A stretch of 64,000 bases of DNA from Mustelus asterias (Eukaryota). The DNA is taken from positions 124,001-188,000 of the forward strand of contig NW_027590699.1 in the NCBI RefSeq assembly GCF_964213995.1. The letters run 5' to 3'. Both the position numbers and the translations under genes were made by a program. This document shows, one piece after another, positions 10,906 through 22,984 of the stretch. The notes beneath the pieces were generated by a model. It did no database searches. It was not told the DNA's origin and saw nothing but the letters and a program-made list of their open reading frames with translations. Position 1 is the first letter of the stretch. Each line of letters opens with the position of its first letter.

Positions 10906-11393
10906 CATATGTAGCTTTGTTATACATTTCCAGTCAAAGTGACATCCAGTTCAGAAGGAATCAATTTGAAATCTTGAATCCATGTCAACTGTTTTTTGGA
11001 GAAATTCACTCAGTCCCATTCACCCTCTCTATCCCCTTAACCCTGCATGTTAACTTCCTCATTGTCCATTTGATCTTATTTTGAACGCATTCGCCTTCAC
11101 TTCCACCATCCTTACCGACCTCTTGCTGTCTAAATAAAGGTTTCTCAAATCCCCCTCCCACCATCTGTCTCACTAAGAAATGCTATACTGTCTACCACAC
11201 ATTTTTAGTCCAGTTATATGACCACAGAAATGAGACTTGTCCATCCTGAATTTCTATCCTGTACTGACAGTGATGATTTTTGTAAACCTCTTTGCAGAAT
11301 AACAGAGGAGGAGGATTTAGAACATAGAACAGTACAGCACAGAACAGGCCCTTCGGCCCACGATGTTGTGCCGAGCTTTATCTGAAACCAAGA

Positions 11394-14285
11394 TCAAGCT
11401 ATCCCACTCCCTATCATCCTGGTGTGCTCCATGTGCCTATCCAATAACCGCTTAAATGTTTCTAAAGTGTCTGACTCCACTATCACTGCAGGCAGTCCAT
11501 TCCACACCCCAACCACTCTCTGCGTAAAGAACCTACCTCTGATATCCGTCCTGTATCTCCCACCACGAACCCTATAGCTATGCCCCCTTGTAATAGCTCC
11601 ATCCACCCGAGGAAATAGTCTTTGAACGTTCACTCTATCTATCCCCTTCATCATTTTATACACCTCTATTAAGTCTCCCCTCAGCCTCTTCCGCTCCAGA
11701 GAGAACAGCCCTAGCTCCCTCAACCTTTCCTCATATGACCTACCCTCCAAACCAGGCAGCATCCTGGTAAATCTCCTCTGCACTCTTTCCAGCGCTTCCA
11801 CATCCTTCTTACAGTGAGGTGACCAGAACTGCACACAATATTCCAAATGTGGTCTCACCAAGGTCCTGTACAGTTGCAGCATAACCCCACGGCTCTTAAA
11901 CTCCAACCCCCTGTTAATAAAAGCTAACACACTATAGGCCTTCTTCACAGCTCTATCCACTTGACTGGCAACCTTTAGAGATCTGTGGATATGGACCCCA
12001 AGATCTCTCTGTTCCTCCACAGTCTTCAGAACCCTACCTTTGACCCTGTAATCCACATTTAAATTTGTCCTACCAAAATGAATCACCTCACATTTATCAG
12101 GGTTAAACTCCATTTGCCATTTTTCAGCCCAGCTTTGCATCCTATCTATGTCTCTTTGCAGCCTACAACAGCCCTCCACCTCATCCACTACTCCACCAAT
12201 CTTGGTGTCATCAGCAAATTTACTGATCCACCCTTCAGCCCCCTCCTCTAAGTCATTGATAAAAATCACAAAGAGCAGAGGACCAAGCACTGATCCCTGC
12301 GGCACACCGCTAGCAACCTGCCTCCAAACCGAAAATTTTCCATCGACCACCACCCTCTGTCTTCGGTCAGACAGCCAGTTACCTATCCAATCGGCCAACT
12401 TTCCCTCTATCCCACACCTCCTCACTTTCATCATAAGCCGACCATGGGGGACCTTATCAAACGCCTTACTAAAATCCATGTATATGACATCAACTGCCCT
12501 ACCTTCATCAACACACTTAGTTACCTCCTCAAAAAATTCTATCAAATTTGTGAGGCACGACTTGCCCTTCACGAATCCGTGCTGACTATCTCGGATTAAT
12601 CCGCATCTTTCTAAATGGTCGTAAATCCCATCCCTAAGGACCCTTTCCATCAATTTACCAACCACCGAAGTAAGACTAACCGGTCTATAATTACCAGGGT
12701 CATTTCTATTCCCTTTCTTAAACAGAGGAACAACATTCGCCATTCTCCAGTCCTCTGGCACCATCCCCGTGGACAACGAGGACCCAAAGATCAACGCCAA
12801 AGGCTCTGCAATCTCATCCCTTGCCTCCCACAGAATCCTAGGATACATTTCATCAGGCCCAGGGGACTTATCGACCTTCAGTTTATTCAAAACTGCCAAG
12901 ACATCCTCCCTCCGAACATCTATTTCCTCCAGCCTATTAGCCTGTAACACCTTCTCTTCCTCAAAACATGGCCCCTCTCCTTGGTGAACACTGAAGAAAA
13001 GTATTCATTCACCACCTCGCCTATCTCTACTGACTCCATACACAAGTTCCCACTACTGTCCTTGACCGGCCCTAACCTCACCCTGGTCATTCTTTTATTC
13101 CTCACATAAGAGTAAAAAGCCTTGGGGTTTTCCTTGATCCGACCCGCCAAGGACTTCTCATGTCCCCTCCTAGCTCTCCTAAGCCCCTTTTTCAGCTCAT
13201 TCCTTGCTAACTTGTAACCCTCAATCGAGCCATCTGAACCTTGTTTCCTCATCCGTACATAAGCTTCCCTCTTCCTTTTCACAAGACATTCCACCTCTTT
13301 CGTGAACCATGGTTCCCTCACTCGGCCATTTCCTCCCTGCCTGACAGGAACATACCTATCAAGGACATCCAGTATTTGTTCCTTGAAAAAGTTCCACTTT
13401 TCATTAGTTCCTTTCTCTGACAGTTTCTGTTCCCAACTTATGCCCCCTAATTCTTGCCTAATCGCATCATAATTACCCCTCCCCCAATTGTAAACCTTGC
13501 CCTGCCGTACGGCCCTATCCCTCTCCATTGCAATAACAAAAGACACCGAATTGTGGTCACTATCTCCAAATTGCTCTCCCACAACCAAATCTAACACTTG
13601 GCCCGGTTCATTTCCCAGTACCAAATCCAATGTGGCCTCACCTCTAGTCGGCCCATCCACATATTGTGTCAGGAAACCCTCCCGCACACACTGCACAAAA
13701 ACTGCCCCATCCAAACTATTTGACCTACAAAGGTTCCAATCAATATTTGGAAAGTTAAAGTCCCCCATGACAACTACCCTGTGACCCCCACACATATCCA
13801 TAATCTGCTTAGCAATTTCTTCCTCCACATCTCTATTACTATTTGGGGGCCTATAGTAAACTCCTAGCAACGTGACCGCTCCTTTCCTATTTCTAACTTC
13901 AGCCCATATTACCTCAGTGTGCAGATCCCCCACAAAGTGCCTTTCCGCAGCCGTTAAACTATCCTTGATTAACAATGCCACTCCTCCACCTCTTTTACCA
14001 GCTTCCCTACACTTAGTGAAACATCTATACCCCGGAACGTCCAACAACCATTCCTGTCCTTGTTCTACCCACGTCTCCGTAATGGCCACAACATCGTAGT
14101 CCCAAGTACCAATCCACGCCCCAAGTTCATCTACCTTGTTCCGGATGCTCCTTGCATTGAAGTAGACACACTTCAACCCACCTTCCTGTCTACCAGTACC
14201 CACCCTTGACCCTGATACCTTCCCCAATACCTCACCACCCTCACTGACTTCTGGACTACAACTCCCTTTCCCACTCCCCTGACAA
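11394..14285 (-). CDS. CR1 ORF2p (APE endonuclease plus RT), split by a single frameshift near 12963
   Basis: FNARS, ITETW, GDFN, SDH in ORF 12920-14407; QHGF, DFSKAFD, GVPQGS, FADD in ORF 11394-12950; start codon uncertain. Confidence 0.9.
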
Positions 14286-14286
14286 A

Positions 14287-15201
14287 TTAGTTTAAACCCC
14301 CCTGAAGAGCCGTAACAAATTTCCCTCCGAGGATATTGGTGCCCCTCTGGTTCAGGTGCACCCCGTCCTGTTTGTACAGGTCCCACCTTCCCCAGAACGT
14401 GTTCCAATTATCCACGTATCTGAAACCCTCCCTCCTACACCATCCCTGCAACCACATATTTAACTGCACTCTCTCCCTGTTCCTCAACTCGCTATCACGT
14501 GGTACCGGCAACGTACCAGAGATGACCACATGTTTCGTCTTGGCTCTCAGCTTCCAGCCCAGCTCCAGAAATTCCTGCTTTAAATCCCCGTCCCTTCTCT
14601 TACCTATGTCATTGGTACCAACTTGTGACTGTTTCCCCTCCCCCTTCAGAATCTGGAAAACACGGTCTGAGACATCACGGACCTTGGCATCCGGTAGGCA
14701 ACATACCATCCGTGAGTCTCTTTTGCTGCCACAGAACCTCCTATCTATCCCTCTAACTAACGAGTCCCCAATAACTATCGCCCTCCCGCTCTCCCCCTTT
14801 CCCTCCCGAGCCACAGAGACGGACACAGTGCTGGAGATCCTCTCACTGCGGCTCCCCACTGGTATGTCATCCCCCTCAACCGTATCCAAAGCGGAATACT
14901 TGTTGCTAAGGGGAACGACCACCGGGGATCCCTGCACGGACTGCTTCCTCCCAGCCCCTCTCACCGTCACCCATCTGTTTTCAATCCTCGGAGTAACTGT
15001 ATTCCTAAAGCTTGTGTCTATGGCCATCTCTGCGTCCCTGATGATCCTAAGTTCATCCAACTCCAGCTCCAGTTCCCTAACACGGTTTTGGAGGAGCTGC
15101 AGATGGGTGCACTTCCCACAGGTGTAATCAGTAGGGACACTGTCGTCGTCCCTCACCTCAAACATAGTGCAAGAGGAACATTGCACTGCCTGCACACCCA
15201 T
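14287..15201 (-). CDS. CR1 ORF1p (zinc-binding/leucine zipper plus SGNH esterase-like domain)
   Basis: CSSC..CGKC, heptad LQLLQNRVRELELELDELR, esterase motifs IGDS, GTND, DGVHLN. Confidence 0.9.
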   Translation of the reverse strand: MGVQAVQCSSCTMFEVRDDDSVPTDYTCGKCTHLQLLQNRVRELELELDELRIIRDAEMAIDTSFRNTVTPRIENRWVTVRGAGRKQSVQGSPVVVPLSNKYSALDTVEGDDIPVGSRSERISSTVSVSVAREGKGESGRAIVIGDSLVRGIDRRFCGSKRDSRMVCCLPDAKVRDVSDRVFQILKGEGKQSQVGTNDIGKRRDGDLKQEFLELGWKLRAKTKHVVISGTLPVPRDSELRNRERVQLNMWLQGWCRREGFRYVDNWNTFWGRWDLYKQDGVHLNQRGTNILGGKFVTALQGGLN

Positions 15202-15590
15202 CCCCTCTAGATACCTTGCCAGTACCAGGTAGAAAGTGCAAAAATGAATTCAACTCACCCCTGCTCGCCCTTTCAGCCTAAGCCCTGTGAGCCAAAGTCT
15301 TATAGCTCACACTCTGCTTCCCACACACTCCACTGCCCGCTCCCGACGCTGCCCGCTGTATACTGCAGCCTACCTTTTATACTTCACGCGCTTAAAAAAC
15401 CCTTCCCAGACTCCTTTGCTGCCCACTTCTAGTTTTCACTTTAAACTTGAAAAACTGCTGTTAAAGTAAAGGCCAAAAAAATACACACACTAGCTGACTA
15501 ATTAAATAAATAAACAATTCAATTAATCTCTCACCAGCACTGCTGCCTTCAATCACCCCTCTCAGCTTGCTCCAGTGGATCAATGATTTA

Positions 15591-16572
15591 CAGATTGAAA
15601 TCTCAAAGCAAATATCAAGAATAATTGTTTGATTATTGGGACCAGAATATCATCGGCATTTGAGTCCAGGAGAAATGTTTCTCTCTTCTATCTGCTTCAT
15701 AAGATTTTGAACATTGGTGTGACTGGAAAAGCAATGAGACACATGCAGCTAGACATTATACAGCCTGAAAGAACATCACCGTTTACAAAGGAGAGACCGT
15801 ACACAAAGTCTGTGTGTGGACAACTCAGGAACCTAGAGAGACACAAGGACACTCGCACCATGGAAAAACTGTGGAGACTGTGGAAAGGGATTCAGATTCC
15901 CGTCGGAGCTGGAAATTCACACTGGGGAGACACTGTTCACTTCCACTAAGTGTGCAAAGGGATTTACTAATTCATCCGACTTAATGACACACCAGTGAGT
16001 TCACACAGGGGAGAGGCCGTTCACCTGCTTAGAGTGTGGGAAGGAGTTCTCTTGGTCCTCCAATCTCCGGATACACCAGCGAATTCACAGTGGGGAGAGG
16101 CCATTTACCTGCTCTGAGTGTGAAATGAGTTTCAGTCGGTTATCTCAGTTGCAGACGCACCAGCGAGTTCACACTGGGAAGAGGCCATTCACCTGCTCTG
16201 AGTGTGGAAAGGGATTCTCTCTCTCTTACAACCTACAGATACACGAGGGAGAGACTGTTCATCTGCTCTGAGTGGGAAAGCATTCGCTACTTCATCTGAC
16301 CTGCTGAGACACAAGCGAGTTCACACAGGGGAGAGGCCATTCAGCTGTCTAGAGTGTGAGATGAGATTTAATCGATTATCTCACTTGCAGACACACCAGC
16401 GAGTTCACAACAGGGAGAGGCTGTTCAACTGAGTGAGAAAGCATTCATTGATTCAGCCAACCTTCTGACACACCCGTGTCTTCATGCTGGGGAGAGGCCA
16501 TTCACTGGATCTGTGCAGGATGGCATTCACTCAGTTATCCAATCTGTTCAGATACCAGTGAGTTCACAAATG
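15591..16572 (+). pseudogene. ZNF2 pseudogene (C2H2 array with stops and frameshifts; exon start at about 11298 split off by CR1)
   Basis: atggaaaaactgtgg start motif, repeated ggggagaggcc.ttcacctgc linkers, in-frame stops (e.g. caccagtga) and deletions. Confidence 0.85.
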
Positions 16573-16649
16573 ATTACAGGGACTGGATTCTGCTGTTATT
16601 GCTGCTGTTATTCACATCCAGAACTGACCCATGTTCACTCTGACAGTTT

Positions 16650-17010
16650 TATTTTTATTCAGTGTGGGACATGGGTGTCGCTGGTCAGCATTTATTGCCC
16701 ACCTCTCGTTGCCCAGACAGGCAGTTGAGTGTCAGTCACATTGCTGTGGCTCTGGAGTCATCGTCGGCCAGATCAGGTAAGGATGGCAGATTTCCTTCCC
16801 TAAAGGACATTAGTGAACCAGATGGGTTTTTTTTCTGACAATCGACAATAGTTTCATGGTCATCAGTAGATTCTTAATTCTAGATATTTTTTATTGAAGT
16901 CAAATTCCACCATCTGTCATGGTGGGACTTGAACCTGGGTGCCCAGAACATTAGCTGAGTTTCTGGATTAATAGTCTAGCGATAGTTCCACCAGGCCATC
17001 GCCTCCCCAA
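16650..17010 (-). mobile_element. tRNA-derived SINE, second family
   Basis: ccagaaactcagctaatgttctggg..ggttcaa head and aaacccatctggttcactaatgtcctttaggg core; related copies at 22985, 36165, 58985. Confidence 0.8.
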
Positions 17011-17928
17011 AGTGGGGCCATCGGAGGGTTTCTTTCTGCTGGACTGATCGGTCTCATGACTTTGCTTCCAGTGGGCTGATGCTCTTTGAGCTGCTCCGCC
17101 ATTCAATATGATCATGGCTGTTATTAATATGTACAGCAAATTGTAATATTCTAAATAGGATATTCAGATGGTGATACATTTTCATTTCTTCCTGAGGAAG
17201 AGGTTTGTGTCTATCTAATCATTCATGTTTTAGAAATAAATTTTTAGTTTGAGAATTAGTATTTTTTAACGAAAGATAAATGAAAAACCTGGGTTGAGAA
17301 TCTGACAAAAACACCTGAGGGAATTCGCAGTCTCAAGGCGTGGCCCATGTTTGTTTAAAAAGTCAAAACTGGAAGGGTAAGAACTGTAAAAGGGCAGCTG
17401 GACTGTTCCTCTCTGAGTCACAGTGAGACATTTCTAATTAAATACACAGAGGGAATTCCCTAAGTTTTGACATGTTCATTCAAAAAGATTGCAAATAATT
17501 TGATTCAGAAAAAACAACCATGGGTTATTTGATTATTGTGGATACTGAAAATCAAATTTCTGGATTGTGAAAAGCAGCTGGAAGTAGCACAATTAATGCA
17601 AGATTTGGGACATTTAGATCTTCACTGACCAGAATGTAGCAACTAATGCTGTAAAAAGGGGGCTGGGCTCAGCCTCTTCAGCTGGAGATCTGGAGACATT
17701 GGATCTAACACTTAATGTCCTGTCTTTATTAGTGAGGTGACTTCTTCGAGCAGACTCAGGGTTACATGTTTTGTTTTGAAACTACAAGTTAATTAATTTA
17801 AACATCTATTGGATATGCTAACTGGTCTCCGTTACCATGGAGATAAGTGATTCAGAGTGGAACCTTGGTTGGAATTCTGGGTGGTTCTCACAGAAACCAG
17901 GCAGTCTGCAGTGAGCTTGCAAACCGTC

Positions 17929-18577
17929 AGCTGTGGGACCAGAAGCTGTGAACTAGCTGTGGGAGCGGGAGCTGTGAGCCGCGAGCCAGCTGTGGGAGCG
18001 GGAGCTGTGAACCAGCTGTGGGAGCAGGAGCTGTGGGAGCAGGAGCTGTGGGAGCGGGAGCTGTGAACCAGCTGTGGGAGCAGGAGCTGTGAAACCGCTG
18101 TGGGAGCAGGAGCTGTGAACCAGCTGTGGGAGCAGGAGCTGTGAACCAGCTGTCGGAACGGGAGCTGTGAACCAGCTGTCGGAGCGGGAGCTGTGAACCA
18201 GCTGTGGGAGCAGGAGCTGTGAACCAGCTGTGTGGGAGCAGGAGCTGTGAACCAGCTGTGGGAGTGGGAGCTGTGAGCCGCGAGCCAGCTGTGGGACCGG
18301 GAGCTGTGAACCAGCTGTGGGAGCAGGAGCTGTGAAACCGCTGTGGGAGCAGGAGCTGTGAACCAGCTGTGGGAGCGGGAGCTGTGAACCAGCTGTGGGA
18401 GCGGGAGCAGTGAACCAGCTGTGGGAACAGGAGCTGTGGGAGCAGGAGCTGTAACCAGCTGTGGGAGTGGGAGCTGTGAACCAGCTGTGGGAGTGGGAGC
18501 TGTGAACCAGCTGTGGGAGTGGGAGCTGTGAACCAGCTGTGGGACCGGGAGCTGTGAACCAGCTGTGGGAGCCGGAG
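17929..18577. repeat. 26-bp GC-skewed minisatellite (agctgtgggagcaggagctgtgaacc), over 20 units
   Basis: Directly visible; about two AGCT per unit. Confidence 0.95.
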
Positions 18578-18899
18578 CCGAGAAGGTCATAAGGAACCAG
18601 GGATGTTCTCAATGTTTAAAGCCCTCAGCAAGAAGGCAGTAAAGTCCATGCTTGGATTGAGGAGTCCATGTTTTGAGTCAATTCTGAAATCTCAAAGGAA
18701 AGTTGGAGAGTTATTTGGCCGAAAGCTAATAGAAGGATCCTCATGAAATCTTGGAGTCTGGAGAATAGCTGGAATATGGAAAGTTTGATTTTGTTTAAAA
18801 GCCTGGAATCTTGTGATGGGTGTTTGGATTTCTCATTGAACGTTAATATTCTCAACCCGAATTATAACAACACACACAATATTTCAAAACTATTTGAAA

Positions 18900-19910
18900 A
18901 ATATGGTCTTTATTTTGTACAAAGTATTACATTATAAGGCACTCCTCTTCTAGGATCTACAGTAATTTCTTAGCTCGAGCACTACTGAAACAATCAGACA
19001 ATAAATGAATAAAAATTGTACTAATTGTCATCCCTTCTGAATCAGGAGGGCTATCCCCAGCACAGAGGGTCATTTGGAATTTTTCCCACAGACCAATTAA
19101 CAGGGATTATACTCTCCAACCATCTGAAGTGAATTCTTTACACGAATCGTCCAGGCCGGTGCAGGTATCAACTTGCAGTTTGGCTGATCAGCTCAGATTT
19201 TCTGCAGCATTTCATCGATCACCGAGTGATTCCTTTCACAGAGTCCATCTTTCAGCTGCTGTGTTCCTGACCAGAATGTTCATGTGTTCACACACGTCTC
19301 AAAACTCATCATTCAGAAACTGAGCTGGTGCCACAAAGTCTGACCATGTTTCATAGGCACCCATCGGATCATCTTTCTTGTAAATCACATCAATGAAACC
19401 TAATAAAAGATCCAAACCTTGATCAGTAGCCCACTGATGGACATCCAGCTCAAAAAATACTTTGCTTCTGATTTTCCTTGTGTTAGGAAGTGACAATGCC
19501 AAGGCCAGATCTTGTTTCCTCCTTGATCGGGATGTAACCCGTGTCCACATCGCCACTTCATTCTTCCACTGGTTGTATGGTTCAGACTCCGAGAGCATCA
19601 GCAGGTAATCAGACCCTGACAATTCCCACTGCCTTTCAGTCATTTCTCACAAAAGCTGCTGGGATTGTCAGCTTCTGTCTGAAATATACTTTCCTTTATT
19701 TTCCAAACTTCACCATTAGACAAACATTCCCTGTTACCATGTTATAATCCCGACAGTCTTATAGTGAAGGAAGAAATTGGAGCTAATCTTTACTTGGAAT
19801 ATAATTAACTCCTAACTCTTTATACATACTTTCTTCATACACACTCCTATAATTATCCAATCAATGCCCTCTATCTACATATTTAAACAGAATTGATACA
19901 ATTAACGCCC
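18900..19910 (-). mobile_element. Internally deleted Copia (GalEa-like) LTR retrotransposon remnant
   Basis: LTR end ..ttataaca (19740) followed by PBS-like tggtaacaggg; gag N-terminus (YNQWKNEVAMWTRVT..LALALSL..IYKKDD..AYETWSDF) joined to integrase core (GLCERNHSVIDEMLQKI..KNSLQMVGEYNP). Confidence 0.75.
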
Positions 19911-19917
19911 ATAGTCA

Positions 19918-20198
19918 GGGCAGGGACCCGGGTTCAATTCTGGCCTCGGGTCACTGTCTGTGTGGAGTTTGCACATTGTCCCCATGTTTGCGTGGGTTTA
20001 TTCCGGGTGCTCTGGTTTCCTCCCACATTCCAAAGATGTGCGGGTTAGGTTGATTGGCCATGCTAAATTGCCCCTTTGTGTCAGGAGATTAGCAGGGTAA
20101 ATATGTAGGGTTATGGGAGTGGAGCCTGGGTGGCATTGTGGTCGGTGCAAACTCGATGGGCCAAGTGACCTCCTTCTGCAATGTAGGGATTCTATGAT
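19918..20198 (+). mobile_element. V-SINE (HE1-like), 5'-truncated
   Basis: B-box ggttcaattc and V-domain. Confidence 0.85.
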
Positions 20199-20730
20199 TA
20201 AAAAAAGGTCTCTAATCGGTGTGAACTTGCTGGTGTGTCAGCAAGTTGGATGACTGATTTAAACTTTCCCTGAACTCAAAGCAGGGGAATGGCCTCTCCT
20301 CAATGTGGACTTGCTGGTGTCACAGCAGATTGGATGAATCAATGAATCTCTTCTCACACACAAAACACATTAATGGTCTCTCTCCAGTATGAATACATTG
20401 GTGCATCAGCAAGTTGGATAACTGAGCGGATTCCTTCCCACACTCAGAGCAGGTCAGTGGCCTCTCACCTGTGTGACCACATTGGTATTTCAGCTGACTG
20501 GATGACTCAGTGAATCTTTCCCAAGGAGCAGGTGAATGGCATCTCCCTGTTGTGAACTCACTGGTGTGTCAGCAGGTTGGATGACTGAGTGAATCCCTTC
20601 CCACACACGGATCAGGTGAATGGCCCCTCCCCAGTGTGAACTCGCTGATGTGTCAGCAAATGAGATGACCGTGTGAATCTCTTCCCACACTCAGCGCAGG
20701 TGAACAGCCTCTTCCTGGTGTGACTGCGGT

Positions 20731-20870
20731 GACTCACCTGAAGAAGGGGCTTGGAGCTCCGAAAGCTTGTGTGGCTTTTGCTACCAAATAAACCTGTTGG
20801 ACTTTAACCTGGTGTTGTTAAACTTCTTACTGTGTTTACCCCAGTCCAACACCGGCATCTCCACATCATG
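20731..20870 (+). mobile_element. Penelope-like terminal-repeat fragment
   Basis: ctgaagaag..cgaaagctt followed by ctaccaaataaacctgttggactttaacctggtgttgt; same family at 33895-34102 on the minus strand. Confidence 0.75.
20734..20772 (+). ncRNA. Minimal type I hammerhead-ribozyme-like motif (PLE-associated, variant cleavage site)
   Basis: cac CUGAAGA a ggggc-uugga-gcucc GAAA gcuu gug: core boxes, 5-bp stem II, palindromic aagctt stem III. Confidence 0.55.
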
Positions 20871-21260
20871 AGAACCTTCTGAAGCAGACAGAACACCATT
20901 TCTTTATCCACGCTTTCTTCATACACACTCATATAATGGTCCAATCCATGCCCTCCATCTGTACATACTTCAATTCAATTCTAGACTGAATGACCAATGA
21001 CATTCAGGTCCCTTTGAATTGAGTGAATGTGTCAGGTCTTGATGTGATGTTTGGTTTTGAGATTTCTGTCTGCAAATCTTCTCCTTCTCAAAACCTGTAG
21101 AAGGAATTTACAAAAGTCATCCCTGTCAGTATGGGAACAAAATTCAGAATTCACAATTTCATTTTTAGTTGCACATTCTTTCTGGACTTGTTCACCAAAA
21201 GCTGTGAATCTCAATCTCATACATTATCTCTACCCTCAAACTGCTGTACCTCATATATAC

Positions 21261-21326
21261 CCTCCCAATTCTTGTGAAGATGCTGATTGTTCCTGACTGA
21301 CAGACCCATGCTCACTGCTTCCTGAC
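21261..21326 (-). other. 66-nt mini-exon paralogue upstream of ZNF3 (GQEAVSMGLSVRNNQHLHKNWEG)
   Basis: ttctccag| ... |gtatat, same length and ATG context. Confidence 0.6.
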
Positions 21327-21464
21327 CTGGAGAACTAAAAACTTTGATGCAGACTGCGAGACTAAATGCAAACACAGAGGTACAGATTCTGGAGGAAAAC
21401 ATGTGTTTAATAAACACTGCTGCATTACTTGACCAGAGATTGTCAGAGAGGACTTGATCAGAGA

Positions 21465-21863
21465 GGTCGGGAATGTAGCCCAATCCATCACGCAACCCAG
21501 TCTCCCATCCATTAACTCTGTCTACACTTCCCGCCACCTCAACAAAGCAGCCACCGTAATTAAAGACCCCACGCATCCCGGACATTCTCTCTTCCACTAC
21601 TTCCGTCGGGAAAAAGTTACAAAAGTGTGAGGTCACGTACCAACTGACTCAAGAACAGCTTCTTCCCTGCTGTCATTAGACTTTTGAATGGACCTACCTT
21701 GCATTAAGTTGACCTTTCTCTCAACCCTAGCTATGACTGTAACACTACACTCTCTCATTTCCTTCTCTATAAATGGTATGTTTTGTCTGTATAGCGCGCA
21801 AGAAACAATACTTCTCACTGTATACTGAGACATGTGACAATAATAAACAAAATCAAATCAAAA
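21465..21863 (+). mobile_element. Rex1/Babar-type LINE 3' fragment
   Basis: Encodes ..SLPSINSVYTSRHLNKAATVIKDPTHPGHSLF..LKNSFFPAVIRLLNG; tail aataaacaaaatcaaatc. Confidence 0.7.
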
Positions 21864-22319
21864 AATATTTACGACCATTTCATTAATAACTTTATTAAGG
21901 TACGGAGTGTTCACAAACACAAACTCGCTGCTTATGAGAATGGTGGAATTAGAGATGATCCAAGATTTCAACTGAACTGGCTGGACAATTGGAGGAAATA
22001 ATCTTGTGAGATACAGGGGTACAGAGGGAGAATGGGACTGACTGGATTGCTCTACAGAGAGTCAGCACGGACTCGAATGGACATATTCTGTGCTGTAATG
22101 GATCAATGACTGGAAAGGTATGTCACTACAGTGTTATATTACAAACTTGAAATAACAATAAATGAAATTTATCACAGAACCATAAATAATATATCTAATA
22201 GGTACCTAAAAGCAAAACTGGACATAACTCTGTGCTACATAAAATTAGTGTCCCACAAAAAATCATAAATTTACACCAGATTACACCAAAAATACACATA
22301 CCTGTCATACCTTATTACA

Positions 22320-22612
22320 TTGTCCCCTTCAATGTCAGCCATTTCCTGGGGAAACCAGCCCTTTAATCATGAACATTAGGAAACAGACCATCCTTTTAAC
22401 CAGACAAATAAATGTGTCAAGCTGAGGGAGCAAAGGATGTCAATGTCTTTAAGAGAGAGAGAGAGACCTGGGCCAACCTTTCCAGAGTTTGCAGCCTCCC
22501 TGGATTCACTTCCTTTCCCTTCAGTTGCTGCAAGTCCCCAATTTCCCCCAGAATGAGAAAAGAAATGGAAAGGGGGATAAAAGAAAGTGTTTTACTCACA
22601 GATGTGGCTGAG
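22320..22612 (-). repeat. Conserved non-coding upstream module of the ZNF cassette
   Basis: gcagcaactgaagggaaaggaagtgaatccaggg..ggttggcccagg..ttgacacatttatttgtctggttaaaaggatggtc; copies at about 9285-9390, 48320-48640 and 48895-49165. Confidence 0.8.
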
Positions 22613-22984
22613 AGACTGTGAGTGCGCGAGAGAGAGAGAGACTGTGACTGGCTGCACTCAGTAAAACCATTGTCCTACAGAATGCAGGCTCCGTCTAACT
22701 CATCCCATCAAACTCTGCTGTATCTTGTCGTTAGCTGAAGTTTCACAAAATGTATTCTAAAAGCAAACTGCATCCATGTTATAATTCAAAATACATGTTT
22801 TAAATGAGGAATACTTGTTATTCAGTTAGAGCTGTCTTTTATAATGACAGCTCTCGTCAGGGCTTTAAGATCATTCACTCTTAAGTCAGTATTGTGTTAA
22901 AGTTCTCAAACATTGTTTTCTATTAGCCTAATTTAGCCCCACTACTCACAGTCTCCACATTTCCGTGGTTTCTCCCCAATGTAA

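Larger units (their letters stand above)
11320..15584 (-). mobile_element. Full-length CR1 (HER1-like) LINE with 6-bp TSD gattta
   Basis: ORF1 and ORF2 present; TSD gattta at 11314-11319 and 15585-15590; flanks rejoin to the ZNF exon start gaggatttacag seen in paralogues. Confidence 0.95.
20218..21094 (-). pseudogene. ZNF3 pseudogene
   Basis: About 6 degenerate C2H2 fingers at 20218-20730, interrupted by PLE and LTR fragments; exon-start motif with acceptor at 21095-21096. Confidence 0.8.

Noticed and set aside
17832-18612. 219-252-aa ORFs
   Set aside because: By-products of the stop-free 26-bp minisatellite.
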